Positions 55,201 to 64,000 of a stretch of 64,000 nucleotides of DNA are shown here, in pieces (within the stretch, counting starts at the first letter, position 1; every line of letters begins with the position of its first letter). This stretch comes from Microcoleus sp. (lineage in GTDB: Bacteria; Cyanobacteriota; Cyanobacteriia; Cyanobacteriales; Microcoleaceae): contig JAYFMW010000006.1 in NCBI GenBank assembly GCA_042408215.1, positions 320,001 to 384,000 of the forward strand, read 5' to 3'. A program made the position numbers and the translations under genes. Under the pieces are notes generated by a model. The model worked only from the letters and a program-made list of their open reading frames with translations. It had not been told where the DNA came from and made no database searches.

Positions 55201-55820
55201 TCATTAATTTGCTGTCACCACTCGGCTTTGAACTCGCAGAAGCAGCAGACGGAAAAGCAGGTTTAGAAAAAGCTGTTGAATTTCAACCGGATTTGATACT
55301 GTGTGACTTAGTGATGCCTGGGATGGATGGCTTCGGGCTGATCCGACAACTGCGGCAATTACCGGAGTTTCAAAGTACAATTATCATAGCAGTTTCTGCT
55401 AGTGTCTTTAATGCCGATCGACAAAATTGTTTGGAATCGGGCTACAGCGATTTTCTCGCCAAGCCGATTCAAGTGGCAGAATTGCTAGACAAAATCAAGA
55501 GTTACTTAAATTTGTCATGGATTTACGAACAAGAATCAACCGGGAAAAATTTTACTGCGGCTGTACCTCTAGCTTCTAGCCCACAGGAAATGGCGGTGCC
55601 GCCCAGAGAGGAATTACTTGCCTTGTATAAAGCAGCTAAGGGGTGTTATGTTGAAGATGTCGAGCTGGAAGTCATCCGGCTGAAGCAATTAAACCCGGAA
55701 TATACTTCCTTTATTGCCAAGGTGCTGGAAATGTCCGAAGATTTTGAGTATCAAGCAATTGTCAAGCTAATCGAGCGATATTCATAGCAGAAGAAATCAG
55801 GGAAAAAAGGATGAAAAACT

Positions 55821-56263
55821 TACAGCGTATTCCAGGTTTATGAAGTGTAGTAGGGACACGGCTCTTGGAGTGTCCCTACGGGGATCGCTCGCTTTTACCT
55901 AAGTCTAGATCCCCCTAAATCCCCCTTAAGAAGGGGGACTTTGAAAAGACTCCTGTCCCACCCCCTACTCCCCTTCTTAAGGGGGGCTAGAGCGTGTTTT
56001 CAAACTCTCCAATCAGATTCAGAACCCCCTAAATCCCCCTTAAAAAGTGGGACGCAAGAATACTCTTGTCCCCCCCTTAAGAAGGGGGGTTAGGGGGGAT
56101 CTCCGGGTTTGAAAACACGCCCTAGGGGGTATCTAGATTTAATAGTCAAACAACAGTCTATGACTGGGTTTGACCTTAAGTTGACACCTATGGGCACGCT
56201 TGAGTGTCCCTACGGGGAGCGCTCCCTAGGCGGGTGTACTTCATAAACGTGGAATCTGCTGTA
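55821..56263. mobile_element. Multi-layer nested MITE
   Basis: Outer TIR TACAGCGTATTCCAGGTTTATGAAGT, inner 197-bp-family remnant, and innermost 55991-56121 element flanked by CTAG duplicates. Confidence 0.85.
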
Positions 56264-56264
56264 T

Positions 56265-57242
56265 CTAATTTTGCGGAATAATCTGCTGTTTAAACTCAAA
56301 TACATTAGGATTTATTGGATCGTAAAAAGCCCGCAACCAATGAACATTTGGAGAACCAAAAGTTTCAACTCTGGTAAAATTTTTCAGTCGGGGAAGTTGA
56401 GTTTCGTCTGTAAAACGGGGTAAAGGTTTATCGATGCGGAAGTAGTGAGTATCCCCGTGAACGAACACGACTTGACCTTGAAAATTGCGCGTTTCCGTTT
56501 CCAGAGTTGCGATAAAATCGTTGTAGCCACTTCTTTTTTTGTCCGCCGGATCGAGTTCAAATCCCGGATTTGCCTGGGCGATTAACATAATTCCTTTGCT
56601 GTTGTTGTGCTTTGCTAAAGCAAAAGATTCTTTAATCCAGGCTAAGTTAGCTGAATTGCGATCGGCATATTCGCGATCGGCATCAAGAGTACGGCCAAAA
56701 TTGTTGTTACTTCCCGGCATATTAATCGCAAAAAACACAACTCCATGATAAATCCAGCGAACATTTTCGCGGAACTTAGCAAACTGCGGATTCTCGCTTT
56801 GACGAGTCAGAATCAAGGTGCGCTTTCCCAAACTGCGATCGCCCTGGTTAAATATTTCCCGCAGTTTAGCAAGTCTTGCTACCGGATCGTAACCGCCATT
56901 ATTTGAGCGGTAACAATCCGTCCAGTCATTATCGCCGTAAACTAGAATAAATGGCATCTCAAAATTTTGAAATAACTGCTTCCGGCTGGCAAAAGTTGAA
57001 TCATCGCAGAGACTAGAACCATTTTTGATATCGCCATCATGGACAACAAAAGCTGAGGGCGATCGATTGATATCCGCAATCAAACTCGGAAACTTTGCTT
57101 CCTGTGCGGCACTGTAAGGCAAATCCCCAATTAAAGCAAATTCAAAAGGGCGATCGGCAGAATCTAGAGCATAAGTCAAAGTACCTAAACCTATAACCGA
57201 TGCAAAGATCATAAATCCAATAATCAAATACTTGTTAATCAT
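56265..57242 (-). CDS. Secreted calcineurin-like metallophosphoesterase
   Basis: IGDLPY, HDGD, GDNDW and HGDTH motifs; signal peptide. Confidence 0.8.
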   Translation of the reverse strand: MINKYLIIGFMIFASVIGLGTLTYALDSADRPFEFALIGDLPYSAAQEAKFPSLIADINRSPSAFVVHDGDIKNGSSLCDDSTFASRKQLFQNFEMPFILVYGDNDWTDCYRSNNGGYDPVARLAKLREIFNQGDRSLGKRTLILTRQSENPQFAKFRENVRWIYHGVVFFAINMPGSNNNFGRTLDADREYADRNSANLAWIKESFALAKHNNSKGIMLIAQANPGFELDPADKKRSGYNDFIATLETETRNFQGQVVFVHGDTHYFRIDKPLPRFTDETQLPRLKNFTRVETFGSPNVHWLRAFYDPINPNVFEFKQQIIPQN

Positions 57243-57413
57243 GCCTTCTCCTGTAGCCAGCCAGCCATCAATATCCTAACAGGACTTGCGAACATCTCCG
57301 TTTTATTCTTTTCCTCTGTGTTCTCTGCGTTCTCTGTGGTTCATAAAAAAAAATCCGCATAAAATGCGATTATTGATGATACCATAAACCGGATAAATTA
57401 CTATAGATAAATT

Positions 57414-58612
57414 ATGAAAATTCGCCAGACACTCTCAGTAATAGCTGCATTTTTAATGGCTAGCTGCAATATCCAACCCCAAAAAATCAACCAGCAAATT
57501 AACACGCAGCGTACTGAAAGTCAAGCCGCAGTTCCCATCAAACCAAAGCCAGAAATCACAGAGGCAAAATTAATCGCTGTCGGCGACATTATGATGCACA
57601 GCACTCAAACGCGATCGGGCTACGATGCGAAAAGCCAAACATACAACTTTGACAGTTTTTTCACACCAGTCAAAGACATGCTGTCAAAAGGCGATTGGGT
57701 AATCGGAAATCTCGAAACACCTTTAGCCGGCGAAGATGCCGGCGGATATACCGGATATCCGCTATTTAACGCACCGGCTCAATTAGTCGATGCCGCTAAA
57801 AAAGCCGGATTTAATATCTTGACAACCGCGAACAATCATGCTTTAGACCGGGGAGAAACAGGCGCGATCGGGACGATCGCCAATCTGAGCGATCGCCAAA
57901 TTGCGTCCACAGGAACAGCCAGATCTGCTGCGGCAGGCTTCGACGACCTTTAATCAGCACCAAAAACAACATTTCCCTAGCCATTCTCGCTTACACCTAC
58001 GGCACAAACGGCATTCCCATACCCAAAGGCAAAGACTATTTAGTTTCGCTAATCGACGAAAAAAAGATAGTCAAAGATATTGCCAAAGCCAGAAAAAAAG
58101 GAGCCGATGTTGTCGCAATTTCCCTGCATTTTGGCGAAGAATATCAGCGACAGCCAAACACCCAACAAAAGCAATTAGTTAAAAACCTCTTAAAAGCAGG
58201 CGCTGACATCATTCTCGGTAGCCATCCCCACGTCGTTCAACCTTACAAAATATTTAAGTTTCCTGGCAAAAATGGCAAAATCAGAAAAGCAGTAGCAATT
58301 TATTCTATGGGAAACTTCATTTCCGGTCAGACGAAAGATTATACAGACTTAGGCGTAATTTTCCAAGTAAATATTCGCAAAAAATTTCCCGAAAAAACCA
58401 CAGAAATTACTGGCATAAAAACCATTCCGACTTGGGTACATCGCTATAGCCAGAATAATCAAGTAAAATATCGAGTTTTGCCATTAGAAACAACTGTCAC
58501 CCAGAAAAAAGATGCACTGTTAGCAACTTCGCAGTATCCAGTTTTAGAAACATACTTGCAAAAGATGAACAAGCATCTTAACACTTTGAACAACGAGAAT
58601 AAAAACAAATAA
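57414..58612 (+). pseudogene. CapA/PGA_cap family lipoprotein, frameshifted near 57935-57950
   Basis: VGDIMMH, GNLETP and TANNHALD in the first frame. AYTYGTNG, SLHFGEEY, GSHPHV and YSMGNF continue in a shifted frame to 58612. Confidence 0.85.
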
Positions 58613-58765
58613 TCAGAGCAAAATCCCTGACATCGGAATTATAAACAGGAGAGAGCGTCCCCCTCGCACAGAACTCCGAAAAATATGATTCCGATGCAAG
58701 CAGCGCGTATATACATATCTTCTTCTCCCTCTTCCTTCGCGTCCTTCGCGTCTTCGCGGTTCGTT

Positions 58766-59641
58766 TTAATTCAACTGCTGAATTAACCAAGCGATCGCCC
58801 CTTCAACATCAGCAACCTGCTCAACATCCGGTATCGGCGGCCGCTGCACCATCACAACCGGAATTCCCTGTTCCCTAGCCGCCACAATTTTAGCATAAGT
58901 AGCATCGCCACCGCTGTTTTTACTAACAATTGTATCTATCTGATATTCCCTGAGCAATTGCCGCTCATTTTCTAAAGTAAAAGGGCCTCTATCTAATAGC
59001 AATTTGCCCTTGGGAACGGGAGTATTGAGTGCCGGAGGGTCGATCGCGCGCATCAAACACCAAATCGACTCCAAACCAGCAAAGGCAGCCAATTCCTGTC
59101 TCCCAATGGTCAGAAACACGCGCTGAAACTGCCCTGATAACTGAGATATTGTACCATTCTCAATCAGCCCTTTATGAACAGGCAAGATGCCTGTTCCACA
59201 ATCAAATTCATCTTTTGTGGAACGGGCATCTTGCCCGTTTTTGAGAATGGTGCAAGATATGAGTGATAAGGCTTTTGCAGCCTCCGAGTGGCTGGCGACT
59301 TCAATCCAGCGATCGCCCTCCACAGCCTCCCAAGCTGGACGTACTAGCATCAAATGTGGCACTTGACATTGCGCCGCCGCCGCAGCATTGAACGAAATTC
59401 GAGCCGCAAACGGATGAGTCGCATCAATCAACAAGTCGATCGCGCGATCGAGCAAATACGCAGCCAATCCAGCAGCACCCCCAAACCCACCAATTCGCAC
59501 CGTACCCGTTTTTGGGGTAGAAGGCTGTTTAGTGCATCCTGCTAGCGAAGTAATCACCTCAAGATCGGCGATTTGAGAAGCCCTGACAGCTAGTTCAGCA
59601 GCATCCCCCGTTCCGCCCAAAATTAGCAAGCGTTTTTTCAT
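58766..59641 (-). CDS. cobK: Cobalt-precorrin-6A reductase with an in-frame MITE insertion
   Basis: LILGGT, GGFGG, DATHPFA, RGPF and SKNSGG; extra 43 aa in the middle. Confidence 0.92.
   Translation of the reverse strand: MKKRLLILGGTGDAAELAVRASQIADLEVITSLAGCTKQPSTPKTGTVRIGGFGGAAGLAAYLLDRAIDLLIDATHPFAARISFNAAAAAQCQVPHLMLVRPAWEAVEGDRWIEVASHSEAAKALSLISCTILKNGQDARSTKDEFDCGTGILPVHKGLIENGTISQLSGQFQRVFLTIGRQELAAFAGLESIWCLMRAIDPPALNTPVPKGKLLLDRGPFTLENERQLLREYQIDTIVSKNSGGDATYAKIVAAREQGIPVVMVQRPPIPDVEQVADVEGAIAWLIQQLN
59141..59263. mobile_element. 123-bp REP-doublet MITE inside cobK
   Basis: Imperfect TIR CTGAGATATTGTACCATTCTCAA / TTGAGAATGGTGCAAGATATGAG; TGATAA direct repeats at 59135-59140 and 59264-59269. 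Confidence 0.85.
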
Positions 59642-59697
59642 AAAATTATGTTTTTAGGTTAATAATGTATGCAGTAAAGTTTAAACTGCCCACAGCT

Positions 59698-60516
59698 ATG
59701 ATGCGTTCAATCTTGACATTTTTTACAGTATTAATTGTAACCGGGTTAGTTTGGTTAGGAAATATCACGCCCGCCAGAGCACAAGTTGAGACAACAAATA
59801 TTACCCCTCCTCAACAGGAATTAGGAGAACTCGTTCAAAAAGCTTTTGAAGCTACAAACGAAGGCAAATTTCCCATCGCTGAAAGTTTTTGGACTCAGAT
59901 CATTGAAAAGTTCCCCGATCAAGCCGCCGCTTGGAGCAACCGGGGCAATTCTAGAGTCAGCCAAAACAACCTCACAGCAGCAATTTCCGACTACGAAAAA
60001 GCAATGGAATTAGCTCCAGATGCTCCCGATCCCTACTTAAATCGCGGCACAGCATTAGAAGGTTTAGGACGCTGGTCAGAAGCGATCGCCGACTACAACC
60101 GCGTGCTAGAATTAGACCCAAAAGATCCAGCAGCCTACAACAACCGAGGCAATGCCGAAGCCGGTTTAGGAAAATGGTCAGAAGCGATCGCCGACTACAG
60201 CAAAGCCTTTGAATTAGCGCCCGAATACGCCTTTGCGCGCGCCAACCACGCCCTCGCACTTTATCAAAACGGGCAAACCAAAGAAGCTATTCGCAACATG
60301 AAAAACATTGTCCGCAGATACCCTCAATTTGCCGACATGAGAGCCGCCCTCACCGCCTGTCTTTGGGAAGCCGGAAATCGCGGCGAAGCTGAGAGCAATT
60401 GGGTAGCCGCAGTCGGCCTCGATTCCCGCTACAAAGACCTCGATTGGGTTGCTAATACCCGTCGCTGGCCACCTGTTGCAGTTAGCGCTTTAGATAAGTT
60501 TTTGCACTTGCAATAA
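59698..60516 (+). CDS. Tetratricopeptide-repeat protein with signal peptide
   Basis: AAWSNRG, PYLNRG and AAYNNRG repeats; C-terminal RRWPP. Confidence 0.9.
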   Translation: MMRSILTFFTVLIVTGLVWLGNITPARAQVETTNITPPQQELGELVQKAFEATNEGKFPIAESFWTQIIEKFPDQAAAWSNRGNSRVSQNNLTAAISDYEKAMELAPDAPDPYLNRGTALEGLGRWSEAIADYNRVLELDPKDPAAYNNRGNAEAGLGKWSEAIADYSKAFELAPEYAFARANHALALYQNGQTKEAIRNMKNIVRRYPQFADMRAALTACLWEAGNRGEAESNWVAAVGLDSRYKDLDWVANTRRWPPVAVSALDKFLHLQ

Positions 60517-60632
60517 GTCTGTAAGCTGCGGCAAAAAATAATCAGATATTATGGGAGTTTGTAGGGCGGGTAAGGCACGGATCTATAGTAAGAACGAGTT
60601 GCTCGTTGTACTCCCCCGCCCTCCCTCGAAGA

Positions 60633-60958
60633 TACAGCAGATTGCAGGTTTATGAAGTACACCCGCCTATCGCTCAATCCCCCTAGGGACACTCCAAGAG
60701 CTCATTGGTGTCAACTTAACGTCAAACGTAGTACCGGTCTGCTGTTTTGACGATTAGGGATCGATCCCCCCTAGCCCCCCTTAAGAAGGGGAGTAGGGGG
60801 TGGGACAGGAATCTTCTCAAAGTCCCCCTTCTTAAGGGGGATTTAGGGGGATCTAGACTGGGGTGAAAGCGAGATTTCTCATGGCTTTCAGGCTTAAGTT
60901 GACACCAATGGGCATTGCCTGGTCCCTACAGCACTTCATAAACCTGGGATACGCTGTA
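60633..60958. mobile_element. Nested MITE (outer shell > REP > 197-bp-family core at 60703-60910 > hairpin)
   Basis: TACAGCAGATTGCAGGTTTATGAAGT / ACTTCATAAACCTGGGATACGCTGTA ends enclosing CATTGGTGTCAACTTAA / TTAAGTTGACACCAATG. Confidence 0.85.
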
Positions 60959-60967
60959 TTTTACCTG

Positions 60968-61204
60968 TCAAAATTCATATTCAAGTTCTCCCGTAACAAT
61001 TTTATCTGTCACTAATTTCCTGTACAACTCCATTTCTTGACAACTCACTTTTCCGTCAGCTAATACCGCTATTTTAATGTCTTCCATTTCTTGCTTGGAT
61101 ATCTTACCGTCAGCCGCAGCCCGATCGATCCTAATTTTGAGCTTGTCTAGTTGCCGAATTTCTTCCGGCGTTGGTTCTTGAGCATTTGGTCGCGAAACTA
61201 ACAT
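60968..61204 (-). CDS. Small hypothetical protein
   Basis: 78 aa; GGAGG Shine-Dalgarno upstream; two ADGK(I/V)S repeats. Confidence 0.7.
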   Translation of the reverse strand: MLVSRPNAQEPTPEEIRQLDKLKIRIDRAAADGKISKQEMEDIKIAVLADGKVSCQEMELYRKLVTDKIVTGELEYEF

Positions 61205-61316
61205 AGTTCAGTTCCCTCCTAAATTTTGACCTCGATCCTGTACTATTCTGCAGCACAATATCTTGTCAACTAAAAGATGCAAATCTTGACAAAAGTGAAA
61301 ATGCGCCACAGCTTAC

Positions 61317-62108
61317 CTACTTAACTAAGTCCCAAATCCGTGCCGCTGTCAACTCCTCTACATTCCTGAAAACTGCGATCGCACCAGCATCGATCAGCGC
61401 AGCAGCATAAGCCTCACACCGCACAGCATCATTCAAAACATGAGGTGGCAAAATTCCCATCCCCAGCCAAACCCGCGACGGTTGCAGTTGCCGCGCTTTG
61501 ACAACCGTGTAAATATCAGCAACCGTATCTCCAGCATAAATCACAGGCAAATTTTTTGCTAAACCCTGGAGGTTTTCCAACTGTTCGATGGCGGCAAACA
61601 GTCCAGTCGGATCGGGTTTTCCCGGTGCATCTTCCATCGCCACCAAAACAGGCTGATTCAAGCCAAGTTTCCCAACCAAAACATAAGCAGCCTCATCTCG
61701 CATTGCCCCGCTAAAAAAGCCCCAAGCAACTCCCCCGACAGTTAAACTTTCCAGATAAGCCGGACTTAACAGCAGCGGTTCGTCACAAATGTAACCAGTC
61801 CAATTTTGGTCGTCGGGGCCGCGATAGCGACTTTGGAAAAAAATCACTAATTCGTCATAGTTGAGAGCGAGTTCGCTACGATTCCAGCCGATCCCCTCAA
61901 AATAACGGCAAACTAACTCGAAAGACGCTTGCCAGTCATTATTCCACACTCCCTCAGACTTGAGAGAGTCGATCTCGATCGCACTAGGGCGAAAAGCACC
62001 TCCGGTGTAATACTCCACCGCATCGGCGATCGCCCGCCTGTAAGAACCGGACACATCCCTCACCACACCGTCAATGTCAAAGACTAAAATCGCTCTGTCT
62101 GCCGTCAT
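61317..62108 (-). CDS. HAD-superfamily hydrolase (TIGR01548-like)
   Basis: FDIDGV, KPDP and GDTVAD motifs. Confidence 0.88.
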   Translation of the reverse strand: MTADRAILVFDIDGVVRDVSGSYRRAIADAVEYYTGGAFRPSAIEIDSLKSEGVWNNDWQASFELVCRYFEGIGWNRSELALNYDELVIFFQSRYRGPDDQNWTGYICDEPLLLSPAYLESLTVGGVAWGFFSGAMRDEAAYVLVGKLGLNQPVLVAMEDAPGKPDPTGLFAAIEQLENLQGLAKNLPVIYAGDTVADIYTVVKARQLQPSRVWLGMGILPPHVLNDAVRCEAYAAALIDAGAIAVFRNVEELTAARIWDLVK

Positions 62109-62295
62109 CAGTTACCCATCCGCAGTTAACAGTCCACATTTTAACTGACCGAAAGCATCCAAGGTACAAAGCCCCCGGATTCCTCAGCCGTCGGAATCCA
62201 AAATCCAAAATCGAAAATCCAAAATCGAAACAGTGTGCTAAACTTAACGATTGTAGAAATTTTTAACAAGTTCGATCGTAACCCTGGAGGTTTGC

Positions 62296-62595
62296 TTGTC
62301 CAAGTTCATCTTAAAAGTTCTCTGGCTAGAAGAGAATGTTGCCCTTGCCGTTGACCAAGTAGTCGGCAAAGGAACTAGCCCGCTGACATCTTACTTTTTC
62401 TGGCCCCGCAAGGATGCGTGGGAAGATCTCAAAAACGAACTCGAAGCCAAACACTGGATTGCCGACAACGATCGCGTCGAAGTCCTCAACCAAGCTACAG
62501 AAGTAATTAACTACTGGCAAGAAGAAGGCAGACGACGCCCGATGGGTGAAGCTCAGTTAAAATTCCCCCAAGTGACTTTTACCGGCAGCAACTAA
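62296..62595 (+). CDS. ycf65: 30S ribosomal protein PSRP-3 / Ycf65
   Basis: [18 protein letters not shown]...[15 protein letters not shown]. Confidence 0.93.
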   Translation: MSKFILKVLWLEENVALAVDQVVGKGTSPLTSYFFWPRKDAWEDLKNELEAKHWIADNDRVEVLNQATEVINYWQEEGRRRPMGEAQLKFPQVTFTGSN

Positions 62596-62868
62596 ACCCA
62601 GCTCAGGGGAAATAGTGCGCGAGTTTTGAGTGAGCGAGTCAGCGAGTTTTGAGCTGGGTACTATTTCTCTATCAGTAATGGGGAATAGTTGTGAGTTGGG
62701 AATTGTGAACTGAATACTAATAGTTTTGAGTTGGAATTGGATACTTTTTCTCGTTCGGAATAGAGAACAGTTTAGAATTTTTAATTGTGAACTATTTAAC
62801 TGAAAACTCGCTCACTTAAAACTCAAAACTTTCAATCTTCATCCTTCCTTGAAAAAGCTGCGGAATCT

Positions 62869-63942
62869 ATGGGCGCCGAAAGTACAATCAACGAAACCGA
62901 GCAGCTCCCGCTGGTAGTAAATCCCGACATCCTCCAGCAAGCTATCCTCTACAAAATTAATACTCGAATTACGGCTCGCGGAGAATTAGTTTTCCCCTGC
63001 GTTCCAGGGATGCTAAACCACTATCTCAAGTCGATAGAACAGCTATTTAGCACTCTAGACCGACCATTACCAGCAGAACGAAGAGAGGAACTCAGTAAGC
63101 TTTTAGCCACCAAATTAGAACAAGGATATCGCACTTCCACAGCTTCGATGCTGATCCTGCAATACGAATCAGTTCAGCCGCCGGAAACCGGTTTAGCTTG
63201 CAAAGTGATAGTTACTACTTCAACAGTTGGAGAGCAGTATAAAAGTTGGGTAGATACCAGAGAACCTCCTCTCTTTGGCTCTCATCCAGATGCAAAATTG
63301 ATCGCAATCGCGACTAAATTGGGCAATCCTCACCAAGTGCGGATTTTGGATGTGGGAGCTGGTACGGGCCGCAATACTTTACCTTTGGCGAGATTGGGAT
63401 ATTCTGTAGATGCGATCGAACTAACCCCCACTTTTGCAGAACAATTGCAGGCCTCTGCAACCGCCGAAAAATTGCCCGTGACAGTAACTCAAGGCGATGT
63501 GCTCGACCCCTTGGTGCGGATGAAGCCGGCCCGCTACCAACTCGCAGTTGCAGCCGAAGTCATCTCTCATTTTCGAGACAGCGACGAAGTTCGGCTTTTC
63601 CTAGCCAAAATGTGCGATTCCCTCTGTCCCGGAGGTGTGTTGCTCTTCAGCACATTTTTAGCCGTCGGCGACTACCAGCCAGATGCCCTCGTGCGACAAG
63701 TCGCCCAACTTTCCTGGTCTACTTTATTTACAACCCAAGAACTTGCCGCCGCAATGGAAGGGTTGCCCTTAGTACAAATATCCGATGAATTGGTGTTTGA
63801 GTACGAACGCCATCACCTACCGGCAGGAGCCTGGCCACCTACGCCCTGGTTTTCCAGTTGGGCTAGCGGTAGAGATGTCTTCCCGATCGCCAATGGACGC
63901 CCTCCGATGGAATTACGCTGGATTTTGTGCCGCAGAAGTTAA
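62869..63942 (+). CDS. Class I SAM-dependent methyltransferase
   Basis: ILDVGAGTGRN motif I. Confidence 0.85.
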   Translation: MGAESTINETEQLPLVVNPDILQQAILYKINTRITARGELVFPCVPGMLNHYLKSIEQLFSTLDRPLPAERREELSKLLATKLEQGYRTSTASMLILQYESVQPPETGLACKVIVTTSTVGEQYKSWVDTREPPLFGSHPDAKLIAIATKLGNPHQVRILDVGAGTGRNTLPLARLGYSVDAIELTPTFAEQLQASATAEKLPVTVTQGDVLDPLVRMKPARYQLAVAAEVISHFRDSDEVRLFLAKMCDSLCPGGVLLFSTFLAVGDYQPDALVRQVAQLSWSTLFTTQELAAAMEGLPLVQISDELVFEYERHHLPAGAWPPTPWFSSWASGRDVFPIANGRPPMELRWILCRRS

Positions 63943-64000
63943 AAGCGAATTTTGAGATAATTTGATGCTGCGAAGAAAGTAAGTTTTTTCGTAACGGCCA

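Larger units (their letters stand above)
50978..55787 (+). pseudogene. Cache/HAMP/PAS hybrid histidine kinase, IS-interrupted and frameshifted
   Basis: MKIPTF...LPLRTVLIV (50978-51052) joins PFVVQIVG (52435) once the IS is removed. A frameshift near 53555 separates KPILR from LNTAAKDIAKGEW. Downstream are SHELRTPLN, HATPase and receiver (DLVMPGMDG). Confidence 0.88.

Noticed and set aside
1..64000. Very frequent GCGATCGC
   Set aside because: This is the well-known cyanobacterial HIP1 palindrome, not novel.

Overview
The window comes from the chromosome of a filamentous cyanobacterium (Oscillatoriales, Microcoleus-like). This rests on abundant HIP1 GCGATCGC sites, heptamer STRR repeats, hps genes and ycf65. 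Coding content is mostly housekeeping, cell-envelope and transport: cysS, a sugar ABC transporter, hpsNOP, glmM, rsmD, hisH, cobM, cobK, lgt, rlmN, gmd/fcl, a porin, an amidase and two large histidine kinases. The unusual signal is in mobile DNA. There are four separate OMEGA-type (IS200/IS605/IS607) loci, and none has a fully intact nuclease. One is an IscB with its omegaRNA inserted between gmd and fcl, whose RuvC-I catalytic Asp is Ala while the HNH site is intact. One is an IS607-type tnpB pseudogene splitting a hybrid kinase at a CC/GG core. Two are ~230-300 bp tnpB-deleted mini-elements that keep only the ends and the presumptive omegaRNA. Intergenic DNA holds a nested REP/MITE system, parts of which are translated in frame inside CysS and CobK. 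A recurrent 10-nt micro-insertion (NNNCCCTACT) occurs in C-runs of these repeats. Candidate Yfr1 sRNA target sites precede three envelope genes. All calls come from reading the sequence; no database searches were run.
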